Sequence record: OL960581
Strand: one strand, 5' to 3'
DNA length: 64,000 nt
From: Escherichia phage vB_EcoM_SA20RB
Shown: in pieces, positions 44,408 to 55,807 of the stretch
Position numbering within the stretch: position 1 is the stretch's first letter
How the letters are laid out: each line of letters opens with the position of its first letter
Made by a program: the position numbers and the translations under genes
The notes under the pieces: model-generated
Databases searched by the model: none
Seen by the model: the letters and a program-made list of their open reading frames with translations, nothing else
Told to the model about the DNA's origin: nothing

Positions 44408-44755
44408 TTAATACGGTTTAGCATCAAATTTTCTTTCAATTTCAGGCGTAAAATACAATTCTTTACCACGCTTGGAAAAGCGACCAATAATATGATAATT
44501 ATTCTCATCAAACGTGATATTGCCGATATCCATAGCTTTCAACCAAATATCGATATTTCTGTCAAGCTTTATATCAAAATTCCAATACGGAGAACTATTA
44601 CCGAAAATACTACAAGCGGATTCAGTGAAACAACTGCTATAAATCTTGTCTTTAGGAACTACTAATTGATAGACGCCTTTAATAAACTGAGGACCCTGCC
44701 AATTTGGTTGTTTCGCGTCTTTTTCTAATAGAATAGGGTAATAATTAAAATTCAT
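44408..44755 (-). CDS. Hypothetical protein between frd and td
   Basis: 115-aa ORF with ATG start; no recognisable motif. Confidence 0.55.
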   Translation of the reverse strand: MNFNYYPILLEKDAKQPNWQGPQFIKGVYQLVVPKDKIYSSCFTESACSIFGNSSPYWNFDIKLDRNIDIWLKAMDIGNITFDENNYHIIGRFSKRGKELYFTPEIERKFDAKPY

Positions 44756-44774
44756 ATTTTCCGCCAGTGTTATT

Positions 44775-45597
<823 letters not shown>

Positions 45598-45601
<4 letters not shown>

Positions 45602-45840
45602 TTTAATTCCTCAATATAAAATATGTCAGACGGTTCAATATAATTGTTAGAGCGTTGGCCATGATAATTATAAATGCAAAAGTAAAATTTATTTTTAAAT
45701 TTATTTCGCACTAAAGAAACCGTATAGTAATCACCATTTAAGGTTTGAACGACAAATAAATTATCATAATAAGTTAGATTTTTGTAGATATCAGCAATAT
45801 CTATGTCTTCCCCAACCTTAAGCAAATTTAGTGTTTTCAC
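45598..45840 (-). CDS. Hypothetical protein (frd.2 position)
   Basis: 80-aa ORF. Confidence 0.55.
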
Positions 45841-45849
45841 TATATTTCC

Positions 45850-46092
45850 TCAGACAGACTTTTTCACAATTTTCCAATCAGCTTTAAACTGATCAACGTC
45901 AGAATGGTAAATCCAGAATCCTGCGCTTTCTCCATCCTCATAAAGAGGGCATCCATCGCATTCATCTTCCCATCCCATATCACGCAAAAGACGTTCAGCT
46001 TTTTCAACAAGTTCAGAATCTTTACCGATGATATTAAAATACCATTTACCCCTAACTTCTGAATCTTTAATGCTCTGACGTTGTAATCTCAT
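45850..46092 (-). CDS. Hypothetical protein (frd.3 position)
   Basis: 80-aa ORF; early-type promoter element upstream. Confidence 0.55.
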   Translation of the reverse strand: MRLQRQSIKDSEVRGKWYFNIIGKDSELVEKAERLLRDMGWEDECDGCPLYEDGESAGFWIYHSDVDQFKADWKIVKKSV

Positions 46093-46146
46093 TTTATTCT
46101 CCTTAGTTGATAGGGTAATAGTATCACACTACTACCCTTCTGTAAA

Positions 46147-46524
46147 CTACTTTTTGAAAGTTTTTCGCAAAAGTTCAATGATTTCATCTACATTGTTTTC
46201 GTCAACAATGCAATGAATTTTTGTTACGCCAGAAACCTTGTCTTCGACTTCATCTTCAGAAGTCGGTTCTTTATACTCACGAAAACAATGAAATTCATCT
46301 TCGCAAATTTCTAAAAGTCTATCTTTGAGATAAAAATGCTTTCCATTTGCACATTCAATGTGTTTTACTGCTTTGTATCCATTGGCGACGGAAACTTCTT
46401 TAACTTCAAACCATCCGCCATTATCTCGAATAGCTTTAACTATTGATGAATTAGAACGTGGGCTATAATTAATAAATGTATCAATAAGTCTTGGAACAAG
46501 TTCATACTTTTTGCCAATATACAT
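46147..46524 (-). CDS. Hypothetical protein
   Basis: 125-aa ORF with several Cys/His; own early-type promoter element upstream. Confidence 0.55.
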   Translation of the reverse strand: MYIGKKYELVPRLIDTFINYSPRSNSSIVKAIRDNGGWFEVKEVSVANGYKAVKHIECANGKHFYLKDRLLEICEDEFHCFREYKEPTSEDEVEDKVSGVTKIHCIVDENNVDEIIELLRKTFKK

Positions 46525-46568
46525 TACGTTTTCCTCATTTTAACGGGGCTGTAATAGCCCCCTGATAA

Positions 46569-46820
46569 TTATTGTTCAATCAATCCCATGTAAAATTCTG
46601 CGTCTTCAGAATCCATGCCGTCACAATACTCATTAGCCATAAAGCGGGTGAGGTCTTCAAGAGGACCTTCAATGACAATAGAAAAATTGCAATAATTGGG
46701 ATCATCGTGAATACTTGTGATACTAAGTTCAGGATAACGATTACGAATAATTTCTTCAATATATTCAAAATCAACGATGTCAATATCAACTTTAGCCATA
46801 TTATTTTCCTCTTTAATCAT
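46569..46820 (-). CDS. Hypothetical acidic small protein
   Basis: 83-aa ORF; early-type promoter GTTTAC...TACTAT upstream. Confidence 0.5.
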   Translation of the reverse strand: MIKEENNMAKVDIDIVDFEYIEEIIRNRYPELSITSIHDDPNYCNFSIVIEGPLEDLTRFMANEYCDGMDSEDAEFYMGLIEQ

Positions 46821-46903
46821 CAGCAGTATTGCCGATAGTTGTATAGTACCACGGAAGAACAGGGATGTAAACAGTTTTGTGAAAAAATTTTTGAAATAAA
46901 AAA

Positions 46904-46922
46904 GGGGACCTCTAGGGTCCCC
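46904..46922 (-). terminator. Gene 32 transcription terminator hairpin GGGGACC-TCTAG-GGTCCCC
   Basis: 7-bp stem 20 nt after gene 32 stop; A-run on plus gives U-run on transcript. Confidence 0.6.
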
Positions 46923-46944
46923 AATTAATTAGTAATATAATCTA

Positions 46945-47853
46945 TTAAAGGTCATTCAAAAGGTCATCCAGGTCCGTGTCATCAGCACTAGATGAACTGC
47001 CAGAGCTTGAGCTCATAAAATCATCTTCAGTTTTTGTTTTGAAGTCATCAACATTAAATGCATCCAAATCATCAGCAACTTTATCAGCTTTCTTAGCGGC
47101 AGTCGCTGCGGCACCACCCATAGCAGCAGTTCCCATAACTTGACTGAACTTAGTGCTCAGTTCTTCAAACGATTTGAATTTATCTTTAGAAGTCATTTCA
47201 GAAAGGTCAACCATTTGTTCGAACAGTTCTTTCTGGAAAGATTCATCATCAATGTTTGGAATCGCAGATTGATTCAGGAATTTAGATTCGTCGTAGTTAC
47301 TAAAACCAGAAACTTGTTTAACTTTCAGTACAAAGTTAGCACCTTCCCACGGACAAGTTACATCAACCGGAGTTTCACCCATTTCAACATCAACTGCAAT
47401 CATTGCATTGATTTTATCCCAGATTTTCTTACCGAAACGGTATTTAAATACTTTACCTTCATTTTCTGGAGCAGCTGGGTCTTTTACAACAAGAATGTTA
47501 GCCCAGTAAGAAGTTTTACGTTTAACAAGACCGTACTCTTTATTGTCAGTGTTATACAAATCATTTTTACTGATGTACTGACATACTGGACAAGAATCGT
47601 AATCACCGTAGGTAGATGAGCATGTTTCGATATACCATTTACCATTTTTCTTGAAACCGTGATTTACAAGAAGTGCAAATGGTGCTTGTTCATCATTTTT
47701 AGACGGAAGAAAACGAATTACTGCTTGACCGTTACCCGCATTATCGAGTTTCAGTTTCCACTCGCCTTTATCTTCAGAAGAAAAACCACCTTTATTTCCA
47801 GCCAGTTTAGCCATTTGTGCAGCGAGTTCAGCAGTAGATTTACGTTTAAACAT
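46945..47853 (-). CDS. 32: Single-stranded DNA-binding protein gp32
   Basis: 302-aa ORF; zinc site H..C...C..C and acidic C-terminal tail. Confidence 0.95.
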   Translation of the reverse strand: MFKRKSTAELAAQMAKLAGNKGGFSSEDKGEWKLKLDNAGNGQAVIRFLPSKNDEQAPFALLVNHGFKKNGKWYIETCSSTYGDYDSCPVCQYISKNDLYNTDNKEYGLVKRKTSYWANILVVKDPAAPENEGKVFKYRFGKKIWDKINAMIAVDVEMGETPVDVTCPWEGANFVLKVKQVSGFSNYDESKFLNQSAIPNIDDESFQKELFEQMVDLSEMTSKDKFKSFEELSTKFSQVMGTAAMGGAAATAAKKADKVADDLDAFNVDDFKTKTEDDFMSSSSGSSSSADDTDLDDLLNDL

Positions 47854-47920
47854 TTTTATTTCCTTTTTAATTTAATTTAATTTAATTAACAGTTGGTGCT
47901 ATGACACTTTACCTCATAGC
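47854..47920 (-). promoter_or_regulatory. Gene 32 autoregulatory translational operator (pseudoknot plus UUAAA-repeat leader)
   Basis: Minus strand reads GCUAUGAGGUAAAGUGUCAUAGCACCAACUGUUAAUUAAAUUAAAUUAAAUUAAAAAGGAAAUAAAA then AUG. Confidence 0.7.
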
Positions 47921-48546
47921 TGGCATAATTCGCAATACTCTGGGTCTTCGAGAGGTATCCAACCTGAGTTGAAATACTTTACCATCGATTTAGCAGTTGT
48001 ATCAGTTATATTTATATTACCTTTAACTCTTCGCCATCCAGGAGTTTTACCGTACAGATTAGAGGATAATAATAACACATAATTCTCGTAAGCAATATGA
48101 GATAATTTCCAAGACTCTATATTAGCTCGTGATGTTTTCCAAGGTCTAAAATCGTCACGGTTCATATAATTAGCCAATCTCATATGCTCTCTAACTTCCG
48201 GGTCTTTGGCTGGATGAGTTTCACCACTCACACCAAATCCACCACCAGCATATACCAGATTAAAATAGTCTGGATTATCTCTGGCATTTACTTCAAGTTG
48301 GTATTTTCGTTCTGCTTCAATAACATCCAAGTCATCATCAATTTGAATTATTTTAACGCTCGGTTTTTGAAGCATTAGCGCATTCAAAAATCTTTTTTGT
48401 TTACATGAGCTCCAGTATTCCTTTCCGGAAGAGTCATATATTATTCCGTTCTCAAATGAGCAATTTAATTTACTACCGATATAGTAGTATGGCGGAGTCT
48501 TATTTTTGACACGGTCTTCAAATGTAAACCAATATACTATATTCAT
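47914..48546 (-). CDS. GIY-YIG homing endonuclease (seg-like, T4 segG position)
   Basis: 210-aa ORF with N-terminal GIY-YIG-like motif (IVYWF...PYYYIGSK); sits between 32 and 59. Confidence 0.7.
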   Translation of the reverse strand: MNIVYWFTFEDRVKNKTPPYYYIGSKLNCSFENGIIYDSSGKEYWSSCKQKRFLNALMLQKPSVKIIQIDDDLDVIEAERKYQLEVNARDNPDYFNLVYAGGGFGVSGETHPAKDPEVREHMRLANYMNRDDFRPWKTSRANIESWKLSHIAYENYVLLLSSNLYGKTPGWRRVKGNINITDTTAKSMVKYFNSGWIPLEDPEYCELCQL

Positions 48547-48547
48547 A

Positions 48548-49201
48548 TTAATACTTGCAAGATTTCACAGTTTCAATGAAAACACTTTTGGCTTTCTGTG
48601 AATCAATATTTAAAATTTTTCTATAAGCTTTTAACTTTATAGAATAATTATTCCAGACTAAATTATCAGTCTGTTCATCATGTTTATCGATTATATTTAA
48701 AAACGAATCAAGCAAGATAAACGTCTCAAACGAAATTATATTCGATTGAAGTAGTTTAAAAATATAACTTGATTGAACTTTTGGATTATATTCAAAAATT
48801 TCTTTAAAAGCAGAAACTTCAACTTTTTTACTAAAATAATAAATGTTGCGAATATCTTCTTCAAACTTAAATTTAATTTGCTTTAAGCGTCCGATATATT
48901 CACGATAAAACACAAGTGCATCAGCGTCAGAGATGTCACCAATCCAAGCATCTTGGTTAGCAACAAGATTGCTTATAAAGATTAAAGCAAGTTCCTTTAA
49001 TTTATATTTTTCTGATAACTTCTGGAAAAAATACTTATCCCTTCGCTTTTGATAAGCGGCATCAGACACCCGCATGCACCAATTATACTTAATTACATCA
49101 TACTTTCCATTCATATGTTGTTTTATCATTAAGTATAATTTATAAACTGATTTACCATCAATGTATCTTTCACCACCAGCAGGCATGCGGAGTTTAATCA
49201 T
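48548..49201 (-). CDS. 59: Helicase loader gp59
   Basis: 217-aa ORF. Confidence 0.92.
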   Translation of the reverse strand: MIKLRMPAGGERYIDGKSVYKLYLMIKQHMNGKYDVIKYNWCMRVSDAAYQKRRDKYFFQKLSEKYKLKELALIFISNLVANQDAWIGDISDADALVFYREYIGRLKQIKFKFEEDIRNIYYFSKKVEVSAFKEIFEYNPKVQSSYIFKLLQSNIISFETFILLDSFLNIIDKHDEQTDNLVWNNYSIKLKAYRKILNIDSQKAKSVFIETVKSCKY

Positions 49202-49536
49202 AGTAGAAAATCTAATGTATTAGTTTTTTCACAACGAACAACAGAAGGACGTAAAAGATTTTCGTCGATAGCTTCTGACTGAATTTTTTCAATTATACCC
49301 GAAGGAATAAATTTAGCAAATTGAGTTTCAGGAATAGAATTTTCTTCTAAGAATGCTGTTGTAGCTTCAAGATAACTCATTCCAAACTCTTCTACCATTT
49401 TTTCAATAATAAATCCATTTTCTTGACGGTCAAGAAGCTTTGCTATTTCATCCTTTTCTTTCTTAATTGAAAGTTCTTTTTCTGAAAGACCGGTCTCATC
49501 GACCGGACGAATATCATTTAGAGAAAACTGTGTCAT
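49198..49536 (-). CDS. 33: Late transcription co-activator gp33
   Basis: Track ORF starts at TTG 49545; ATG at 49536 gives 112 aa (MTQFSLNDIRP...). Confidence 0.88.
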   Translation of the reverse strand: MTQFSLNDIRPVDETGLSEKELSIKKEKDEIAKLLDRQENGFIIEKMVEEFGMSYLEATTAFLEENSIPETQFAKFIPSGIIEKIQSEAIDENLLRPSVVRCEKTNTLDFLL

Positions 49537-49783
49537 AAAGTTCAACTACCTCTTCAGTTTCAGCTTCAAACACATCACGGTTATCTTTATGATACAAAGC
49601 TAATAGACGATTAAACATCTTACCATCAACGCCAAGTTCATCTTTGGCACGAATTCGAATATCTTTAATCAATTCATTATAACCAGAAATTTTCAGTTTA
49701 TGGTCAGATGCTTCTTTAATAAATTTAGCTAAGTCTTCGCCATGGATAGCTTCATCAAATTCAACCATTTCTTTTTTAGCCAT
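49514..49783 (-). CDS. dsbA: dsDNA-binding protein DsbA
   Basis: 89-aa ORF overlapping gene 33 start. Confidence 0.85.
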   Translation of the reverse strand: MAKKEMVEFDEAIHGEDLAKFIKEASDHKLKISGYNELIKDIRIRAKDELGVDGKMFNRLLALYHKDNRDVFEAETEEVVELYDTVFSK

Positions 49784-49791
49784 TATTCACC

Positions 49792-50709
49792 TCAAAATTC
49801 ATTAATGCTATTAGTTAATTTAGAAAGACCCGCTTTTACAAAATATGAATAAATTTTGCCGCGCGGTGGTAATTTATATGAATTATAGTAATTCACAATG
49901 TTTGAAGCAATATTATCAGGAATATAATCAAAATCAATTAGAACTAAATTTTCTTTATACCGATTATATTCAGATTCAGTGAGAAGCACCTTAGCTTGCT
50001 CACGGTCATTAGCAATAGCTTCAACAATAGAGGTTTTCATTGAAGGAGTTCGTTCACCTTCAACTCTGGTAAACCAAAAGTCAGATCGTACTTTAACTGA
50101 AGCAACGTTATCCTTTTTGTCACCTTTAAGGATTTTAGTCATACAGTCAATTTCAGCAGAACCGCTTTTAATTTTAACCCATTTCTTGTGCATCGGTGAC
50201 CATTGCTTAACATTTGGGTATTTGTGAAGTTGAGTAAAGTCACCATCCGATGAAATGATTAAAATCTTATGTCCTTCTAAAGAGAACTTTTTAACAAGAA
50301 CAGCAATATGGTCATCTGCTTCATACTTATCAATATCCATAACAATGTATGGCATATAAGCTTTCAATTCATCTATAACTTTATGACTGGATTCAAAATA
50401 ACCTTCCCAGTCCCAAGTAGATTCTTCTCGTGCTTTTCCACGGTTTTTCTTATAATAATAAGCAAAATCACGACGCCAGTATCCAGATTTCGCGTTATCA
50501 ATACACAGTACAATTTTAGTGTATCCAAGAGTTTTTGCTTTTTTGACATTAAACTTAATTGAGTTCAATATCAAATGACGAACCATTGATAAATTAATTT
50601 TTTCTTTATCTGGGAAGTTTACCAAAGCAGTTGAAAGCGCAATTTGACTAAAGTCAATTAAGCAGATTCCTTCTTTGTAATCTTCATCCAGCATCATTTC
50701 TAAATCCAT
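49792..50709 (-). CDS. rnh: RNase H (5'-3' exonuclease / flap endonuclease)
   Basis: Track ORF starts at TTG 50724; ATG at 50709 gives 305 aa (MDLEMMLDEDY...). Confidence 0.92.
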   Translation of the reverse strand: MDLEMMLDEDYKEGICLIDFSQIALSTALVNFPDKEKINLSMVRHLILNSIKFNVKKAKTLGYTKIVLCIDNAKSGYWRRDFAYYYKKNRGKAREESTWDWEGYFESSHKVIDELKAYMPYIVMDIDKYEADDHIAVLVKKFSLEGHKILIISSDGDFTQLHKYPNVKQWSPMHKKWVKIKSGSAEIDCMTKILKGDKKDNVASVKVRSDFWFTRVEGERTPSMKTSIVEAIANDREQAKVLLTESEYNRYKENLVLIDFDYIPDNIASNIVNYYNSYKLPPRGKIYSYFVKAGLSKLTNSINEF

Positions 50710-50771
50710 ATGAACCTCGTTCAATTAGTGAGATTTCTATTATATACCATCCGAATCTTAAAGTAAACAAG

Positions 50772-50779
50772 TATAAATA
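50772..50779 (+). promoter_or_regulatory. T4-type late promoter TATAAATA for gene 34
   Basis: Exact box 35 nt upstream of gene 34 ATG. Confidence 0.6.
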
Positions 50780-50813
50780 CTTATTATTGAAAACACAATA
50801 GGAGCCCGGGAGA

Positions 50814-53800
50814 ATGGCCGAGATTAAAAGAAAGTTCAGAGCAGAAGACGGTCTGGACGCAGGTGGCGATAAAATAATCAACGTAGCTTTAGCTGATCGT
50901 ACCGTAGGAACTGACGGTGTTAACGTTGATTACCTAATTCAAGAAAACACAGTTCAACAATATGATCCAACTCGTGGATATTTAAAAGATTTTGTAATCA
51001 TTTATGATAACCGCTTTTGGGCTGCTATAAATGATATTCCAAAACCAGCAGGAACTTTTAATAGTGGACGCTGGAGAGCATTGCGTACTGATGCTAACTG
51101 GATTACAGTTTCATATGGTTCATATCAATTAAAATCCGGTGAAGCTATTTCGGTTAACACTGCAGCTGGTAATGATATTACGTTTACTTTACCATCTTCC
51201 CCAATTGACGGTGATACTATCGTTCTCCAAGATATTGGAGGAAAACCTGGAGTTAACCAAGTTTTAATTGTAGCTCCAGTGCAAAGTATTGTAAACTTCA
51301 GAGGTGAACAAGTACGTTCAGTACTAATGACTCATCCAAAGTCACAGCTAGTTTTAATTTTTAGTAATCGTCTGTGGCAAATGTATGTAGCTGATTATAG
51401 TAGAGAAGCTGTAGTTGTAACACCAGCGAATACTTATCAAGCACAATCCAACGATTTTATCGTACGTAGATTTACTTCTGCTGCACCGATAAATATTAAA
51501 CTTCCGAGATTTGCTAATCACGGCGATATTATTAATTTCGTCGATTTGGATAAATTAAACCCTCTTTATCATACAATTGTTACTACATATGATGAAACGA
51601 CATCAGTACAAGAAGATGGAACTCATTCCATTGAAGGCCGTACATCGATTGACGGTTTCTTGATGTTTGATGATAATGAGAAATTATGGAGATTGTTTGA
51701 CGGGGACAGTAAAGCACGTTTACGTATCATAACAACTAATTCAAACATTCGTCCAAATGAAGAAGTTATGGTATTTGGTGCGAATAATGGAACAACTCAA
51801 ACGATTGAGCTTCAGCTTCCAACTAATATTTCTGTTGGTGATACTGTTAAAATTTCCATGAATTACATGAGAAAAGGACAAACGGTTAAAATCAAAGCTG
51901 CCGGTGAAGATAAAATTGCTTCTTCAGTTCAATTGCTGCAATTCCCAAAACGTTCAGAATATCCACCTGAAGCTGAATGGGTGACTGTCCAAGAATTAGT
52001 TTTTAACGGTGAAACTAATTATGTTCCAGTTTTACAACTTGCTTATATAGAAGATTCTGATGGAAAATACTGGGTTGTACAGCAAAACGTTCCAACTGTA
52101 GAAAGAGTTGATTCTTTAAATGATTCTACTAGAGCAAGATTAGGCGTGATTGCTTTAGCTACACAAGCGCAAGCTAATGTCGATTTAGAAAATTCTCCGC
52201 AAAAAGAATTAGCAATTACTCCAGAAACATTAGCTAACCGTACTGCTACAGAAACTCGTAGAGGTATCGCAAGAATAGCAACCACTGCTCAAGTAAATCA
52301 GAACACCACATTCTCTTTTGCTGATGATATTATCATCACTCCTAAAAAGCTGAATGAAAGAACTGCTACAGAAACTCGTAGAGGTGTTGCTGAAATTGCT
52401 ACGCAACAGGAAACTAATGCAGGTACTGATGATACTGCAATCATCACTCCTAAAAAGCTTCAAGCTCGTCAGGGTTCTGAATCATTATCTGGTATTGTAA
52501 CCTTTGTATCTACCGCAGGAGCTACTCCAGCTTCTAGTCGTGAATTAAATGGTACAAACGTTTATAATAAAAACACTAATAATTTAGTTGTTTCGCCTAA
52601 AGCTCTGGATCAGTATAAAGCTACTCCAACACAGCAAGGTGCAGTAATTTTAGCAGTTGAAAGCGAAGTAATTGCTGGACAGAGTCAAGAAGGATGGGCA
52701 AATGCGGTTGTAACACCAGAAACGTTACATAAAAAGACATCAACTGATGGAAGAATTGGTTTAATTGAAATTGCTACGCAAAGTGAAGTTAATACAGGAA
52801 CTGATTATACTCGTGCAGTCACTCCTAAAACTTTAAATGACCGTAAAGCAACTGAAAGTTTAAGTGGTATAGCTGAAATTGCTACGCAAGTTGAATTCGA
52901 CGCAGGCGTCGACGATACTCGTATCTCTACACCATTAAAAATTAAAACTAGATTTAATAGTACTGATCGTACTTCTGTTGTTGCTCTATCTGGATTAGTT
53001 GAATCAGGAACTCTCTGGGACCATTATACCCTTAATATTCTTGAAGCAAATGAGACACAGCGTGGTACACTTCGTGTAGCTACACAAGTTGAAGCTGCTG
53101 CAGGAACATTAGATAATGTTTTAATAACTCCTAAAAAGCTTTTAGGTACTAAATCTACCGAATCGCAGGAAGGTGTTATTAAAGTTGCAACTCAGTCTGA
53201 AACTGTAACTGGAACGTCAGCAAATACTGCTGTATCTCCAAAAAATTTAAAATGGATTGTACAGAGTGAACCTACTTGGGCAGCTACTACTGCGATAAGA
53301 GGCTTTGTTAAAACTTCATCTGGCTCAATTACATTCGTTGGTAATGATACAGCTGGTTCAACGCAGGACTTAGAGTTATATGAGAAAAATAGCTATGCAG
53401 TATCACCATATGAATTAAACCGTGTATTAGCAAATTATTTGCCATTAAAAGCAAAAGCTGCTGACGCAAATTTATTGGATGGTCTAGATTCATCCCAGTT
53501 CATTCGTAGGGATATTGCACAGACTGTTAATGGTTCACTAACCTTAACCCAACAAACGAATCTGAGTGCCCCTCTTGTATCATCTAGTACTGCTACGTTT
53601 GGCGGATCAGTTTCGGCAAACAGCACATTAACTATTTCTAATACTGGAACGGCAACTCGTCTGATTTTTGAGAAAGGACCTCAAACTGGAACTAACCCAG
53701 TACAGACGATGACTATCAGAGTTTGGGGAAATCAGTTTGGTGGCGGTTCAGATACAACACGTTCTACTGTATTTGAAGTTGGTGATGAAACGTCTAATCA

Positions 53801-54683
53801 CTTTTATTCTCAACGCAATAAAGCTGGGAATATAACGTTTAGTATCAATGGTACTGTAATGCCAATAAATGTTAATGCTTCGGGTTCTTTGAATGCGAAC
53901 GGCGTTGCAACATTTGGTAGCTCAGTTACAGCAAATGGTGAATTCATCAGCAAGTCTGCAAATGCTTTCAGAGCAATAAACGGTGATTATGGATTCTTTA
54001 TTCGTAATGATGCTGCTAACACCTATTTTATGCTTACTGCATCGGGTGATCAGACTGGCGGATTTAATGGATTACGTCCTTTAGCTATTAATAATGCATC
54101 TGGTCAAGTAACGATTGGTGAAAGCTTAATCATTGCCAAAGGTGCTACTATAAATTCAGGTGGTTTAACTGTTAACTCGAGAATTCGTTCTCAAGGTACT
54201 AAAACATCTGACCTATACACCCGTGCGCCAACATCTGATACTGTAGGATTCTGGTCAATTGACATTAATGATTCAGCTACTTATAACCAGTTCCCGGGTT
54301 ATTTTAAAATGGTTGAAAAAACTAATGAAGTGACTGGACTTCCATACTTAGAACGTGGCGAAGAAGTTAAATCTCCTGGTACATTAACTCAGTTTGGTAA
54401 CACACTTGATTCGCTTTACCAAGATTGGATTACTTATCCAACGACTCCAGAAGCGCGCACCACTCGCTGGACACGCACATGGCAGAAAACCAAAAACTCC
54501 TGGTCAAGTTTTGTTCAGGTATTTGATGGAGGTAACCCTCCTCAACCATCTGATATTGGTGCTTTACCATCTGATAATGCTACAATGGGGAATCTTACTA
54601 TTCGTGATTTCTTACGAATTGGTAATGTTCGCATTATTCCTGACCCAGTGAATAAAACGGTTAAATTTGAATGGGTTGAATAA
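50814..54683 (+). CDS. 34: Long tail fibre proximal subunit gp34
   Basis: 1289-aa ORF. Confidence 0.95.
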   Translation: MAEIKRKFRAEDGLDAGGDKIINVALADRTVGTDGVNVDYLIQENTVQQYDPTRGYLKDFVIIYDNRFWAAINDIPKPAGTFNSGRWRALRTDANWITVSYGSYQLKSGEAISVNTAAGNDITFTLPSSPIDGDTIVLQDIGGKPGVNQVLIVAPVQSIVNFRGEQVRSVLMTHPKSQLVLIFSNRLWQMYVADYSREAVVVTPANTYQAQSNDFIVRRFTSAAPINIKLPRFANHGDIINFVDLDKLNPLYHTIVTTYDETTSVQEDGTHSIEGRTSIDGFLMFDDNEKLWRLFDGDSKARLRIITTNSNIRPNEEVMVFGANNGTTQTIELQLPTNISVGDTVKISMNYMRKGQTVKIKAAGEDKIASSVQLLQFPKRSEYPPEAEWVTVQELVFNGETNYVPVLQLAYIEDSDGKYWVVQQNVPTVERVDSLNDSTRARLGVIALATQAQANVDLENSPQKELAITPETLANRTATETRRGIARIATTAQVNQNTTFSFADDIIITPKKLNERTATETRRGVAEIATQQETNAGTDDTAIITPKKLQARQGSESLSGIVTFVSTAGATPASSRELNGTNVYNKNTNNLVVSPKALDQYKATPTQQGAVILAVESEVIAGQSQEGWANAVVTPETLHKKTSTDGRIGLIEIATQSEVNTGTDYTRAVTPKTLNDRKATESLSGIAEIATQVEFDAGVDDTRISTPLKIKTRFNSTDRTSVVALSGLVESGTLWDHYTLNILEANETQRGTLRVATQVEAAAGTLDNVLITPKKLLGTKSTESQEGVIKVATQSETVTGTSANTAVSPKNLKWIVQSEPTWAATTAIRGFVKTSSGSITFVGNDTAGSTQDLELYEKNSYAVSPYELNRVLANYLPLKAKAADANLLDGLDSSQFIRRDIAQTVNGSLTLTQQTNLSAPLVSSSTATFGGSVSANSTLTISNTGTATRLIFEKGPQTGTNPVQTMTIRVWGNQFGGGSDTTRSTVFEVGDETSNHFYSQRNKAGNITFSINGTVMPINVNASGSLNANGVATFGSSVTANGEFISKSANAFRAINGDYGFFIRNDAANTYFMLTASGDQTGGFNGLRPLAINNASGQVTIGESLIIAKGATINSGGLTVNSRIRSQGTKTSDLYTRAPTSDTVGFWSIDINDSATYNQFPGYFKMVEKTNEVTGLPYLERGEEVKSPGTLTQFGNTLDSLYQDWITYPTTPEARTTRWTRTWQKTKNSWSSFVQVFDGGNPPQPSDIGALPSDNATMGNLTIRDFLRIGNVRIIPDPVNKTVKFEWVE

Positions 54684-54691
54684 GAGGTATT

Positions 54692-55807
54692 ATGGAAAAA
54701 TTTATGGCAGAGTTTGGACAAGGATATGTCCAAACGCCATTTTTATCGGAAAGTAATTCAGTAAGATACAAAATAAGTATAGCGGGTTCTTGCCCGCTTT
54801 CTACAGCAGGACCATACGTTAAATTTCAGGATAATCCTGTCGGAAATCAAACATTTAGCGCAGGTCTTCATTTAAGAGTTTTTGATCCTTCCACCGGAGC
54901 ATTAGTTGATAGTAAGTCATATGCTTTTTCGACTTCAAATGATACTACATCAGCTGCTTTTGTTAGTTTCATGAATTCTTTGACGAATAATAGACTTGTT
55001 GCTATATTAACTAACGGAAAGGTTAATTTTCCTCCTGAAGTAGTATCTTGGCTAAGAGCCGCAGGAACGTCTGCTTTTCCATCTGATTCTATATTGTCAA
55101 GATTCGACGTATCATATGCTGCTTTTTACACTTCTTCTAAAAGAGCTATTGCATTAGAGCATGTTAAATTAAGTAATAGAAAAAGCACAGATGATTATCA
55201 AACTATTTTAGATGTTGTATTTGACAGTTTAGAAGACGTTGGAGCTACCGGATTTCCAAGAAGAACGTATGAAAGCGTTGATCAATTTATGTCGGCAGTT
55301 GGCGGAACTAATAATGAAATTGCGCGATTGCCAACTTCAGCTGCCATAAGTAAATTATCTGACTATAATTTAATTCCTGGTGATGTTCTTTATCTTAAAG
55401 CTCAGTTATATGCTGATGCCGATTTACTTGCGCTTGGAACTACAAATATATCTATCCGTTTTTATAATGCATCGAATGGATATATTTCTTCAACACAAGC
55501 TGAGTTTACCGGACAAGCTGGGTCTTGGGAATTAAAGGAAGATTATGTAGTTGTTCCAGAAAATGCAGTAGGATTTACGATATACGCACAAAGAACTGCA
55601 CAAGCCGGTCAAGGTGGCATGAGAAATTTAAGCTTTTCTGAAGTGTCAAGAAATGGAGGTATTTCGAAACCTGCTGAATTTGGCGTCAATGGTATTCGTG
55701 TTAATTATATCTGTGAATCTGCTTCACCTCCGGATATAATGGTACTTCCTACGCAAGCATCGTCTAAAACTGGTAAAGTGTTTGGGCAAGAATTTAGAGA
55801 AGTATAA
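54692..55807 (+). CDS. 35: Long tail fibre hinge protein gp35
   Basis: 371-aa ORF. Confidence 0.9.
   Translation: MEKFMAEFGQGYVQTPFLSESNSVRYKISIAGSCPLSTAGPYVKFQDNPVGNQTFSAGLHLRVFDPSTGALVDSKSYAFSTSNDTTSAAFVSFMNSLTNNRLVAILTNGKVNFPPEVVSWLRAAGTSAFPSDSILSRFDVSYAAFYTSSKRAIALEHVKLSNRKSTDDYQTILDVVFDSLEDVGATGFPRRTYESVDQFMSAVGGTNNEIARLPTSAAISKLSDYNLIPGDVLYLKAQLYADADLLALGTTNISIRFYNASNGYISSTQAEFTGQAGSWELKEDYVVVPENAVGFTIYAQRTAQAGQGGMRNLSFSEVSRNGGISKPAEFGVNGIRVNYICESASPPDIMVLPTQASSKTGKVFGQEFREV

Noticed and set aside
47140-47619. 159-aa plus-strand ORF
   Set aside because: Lies entirely antisense within gene 32
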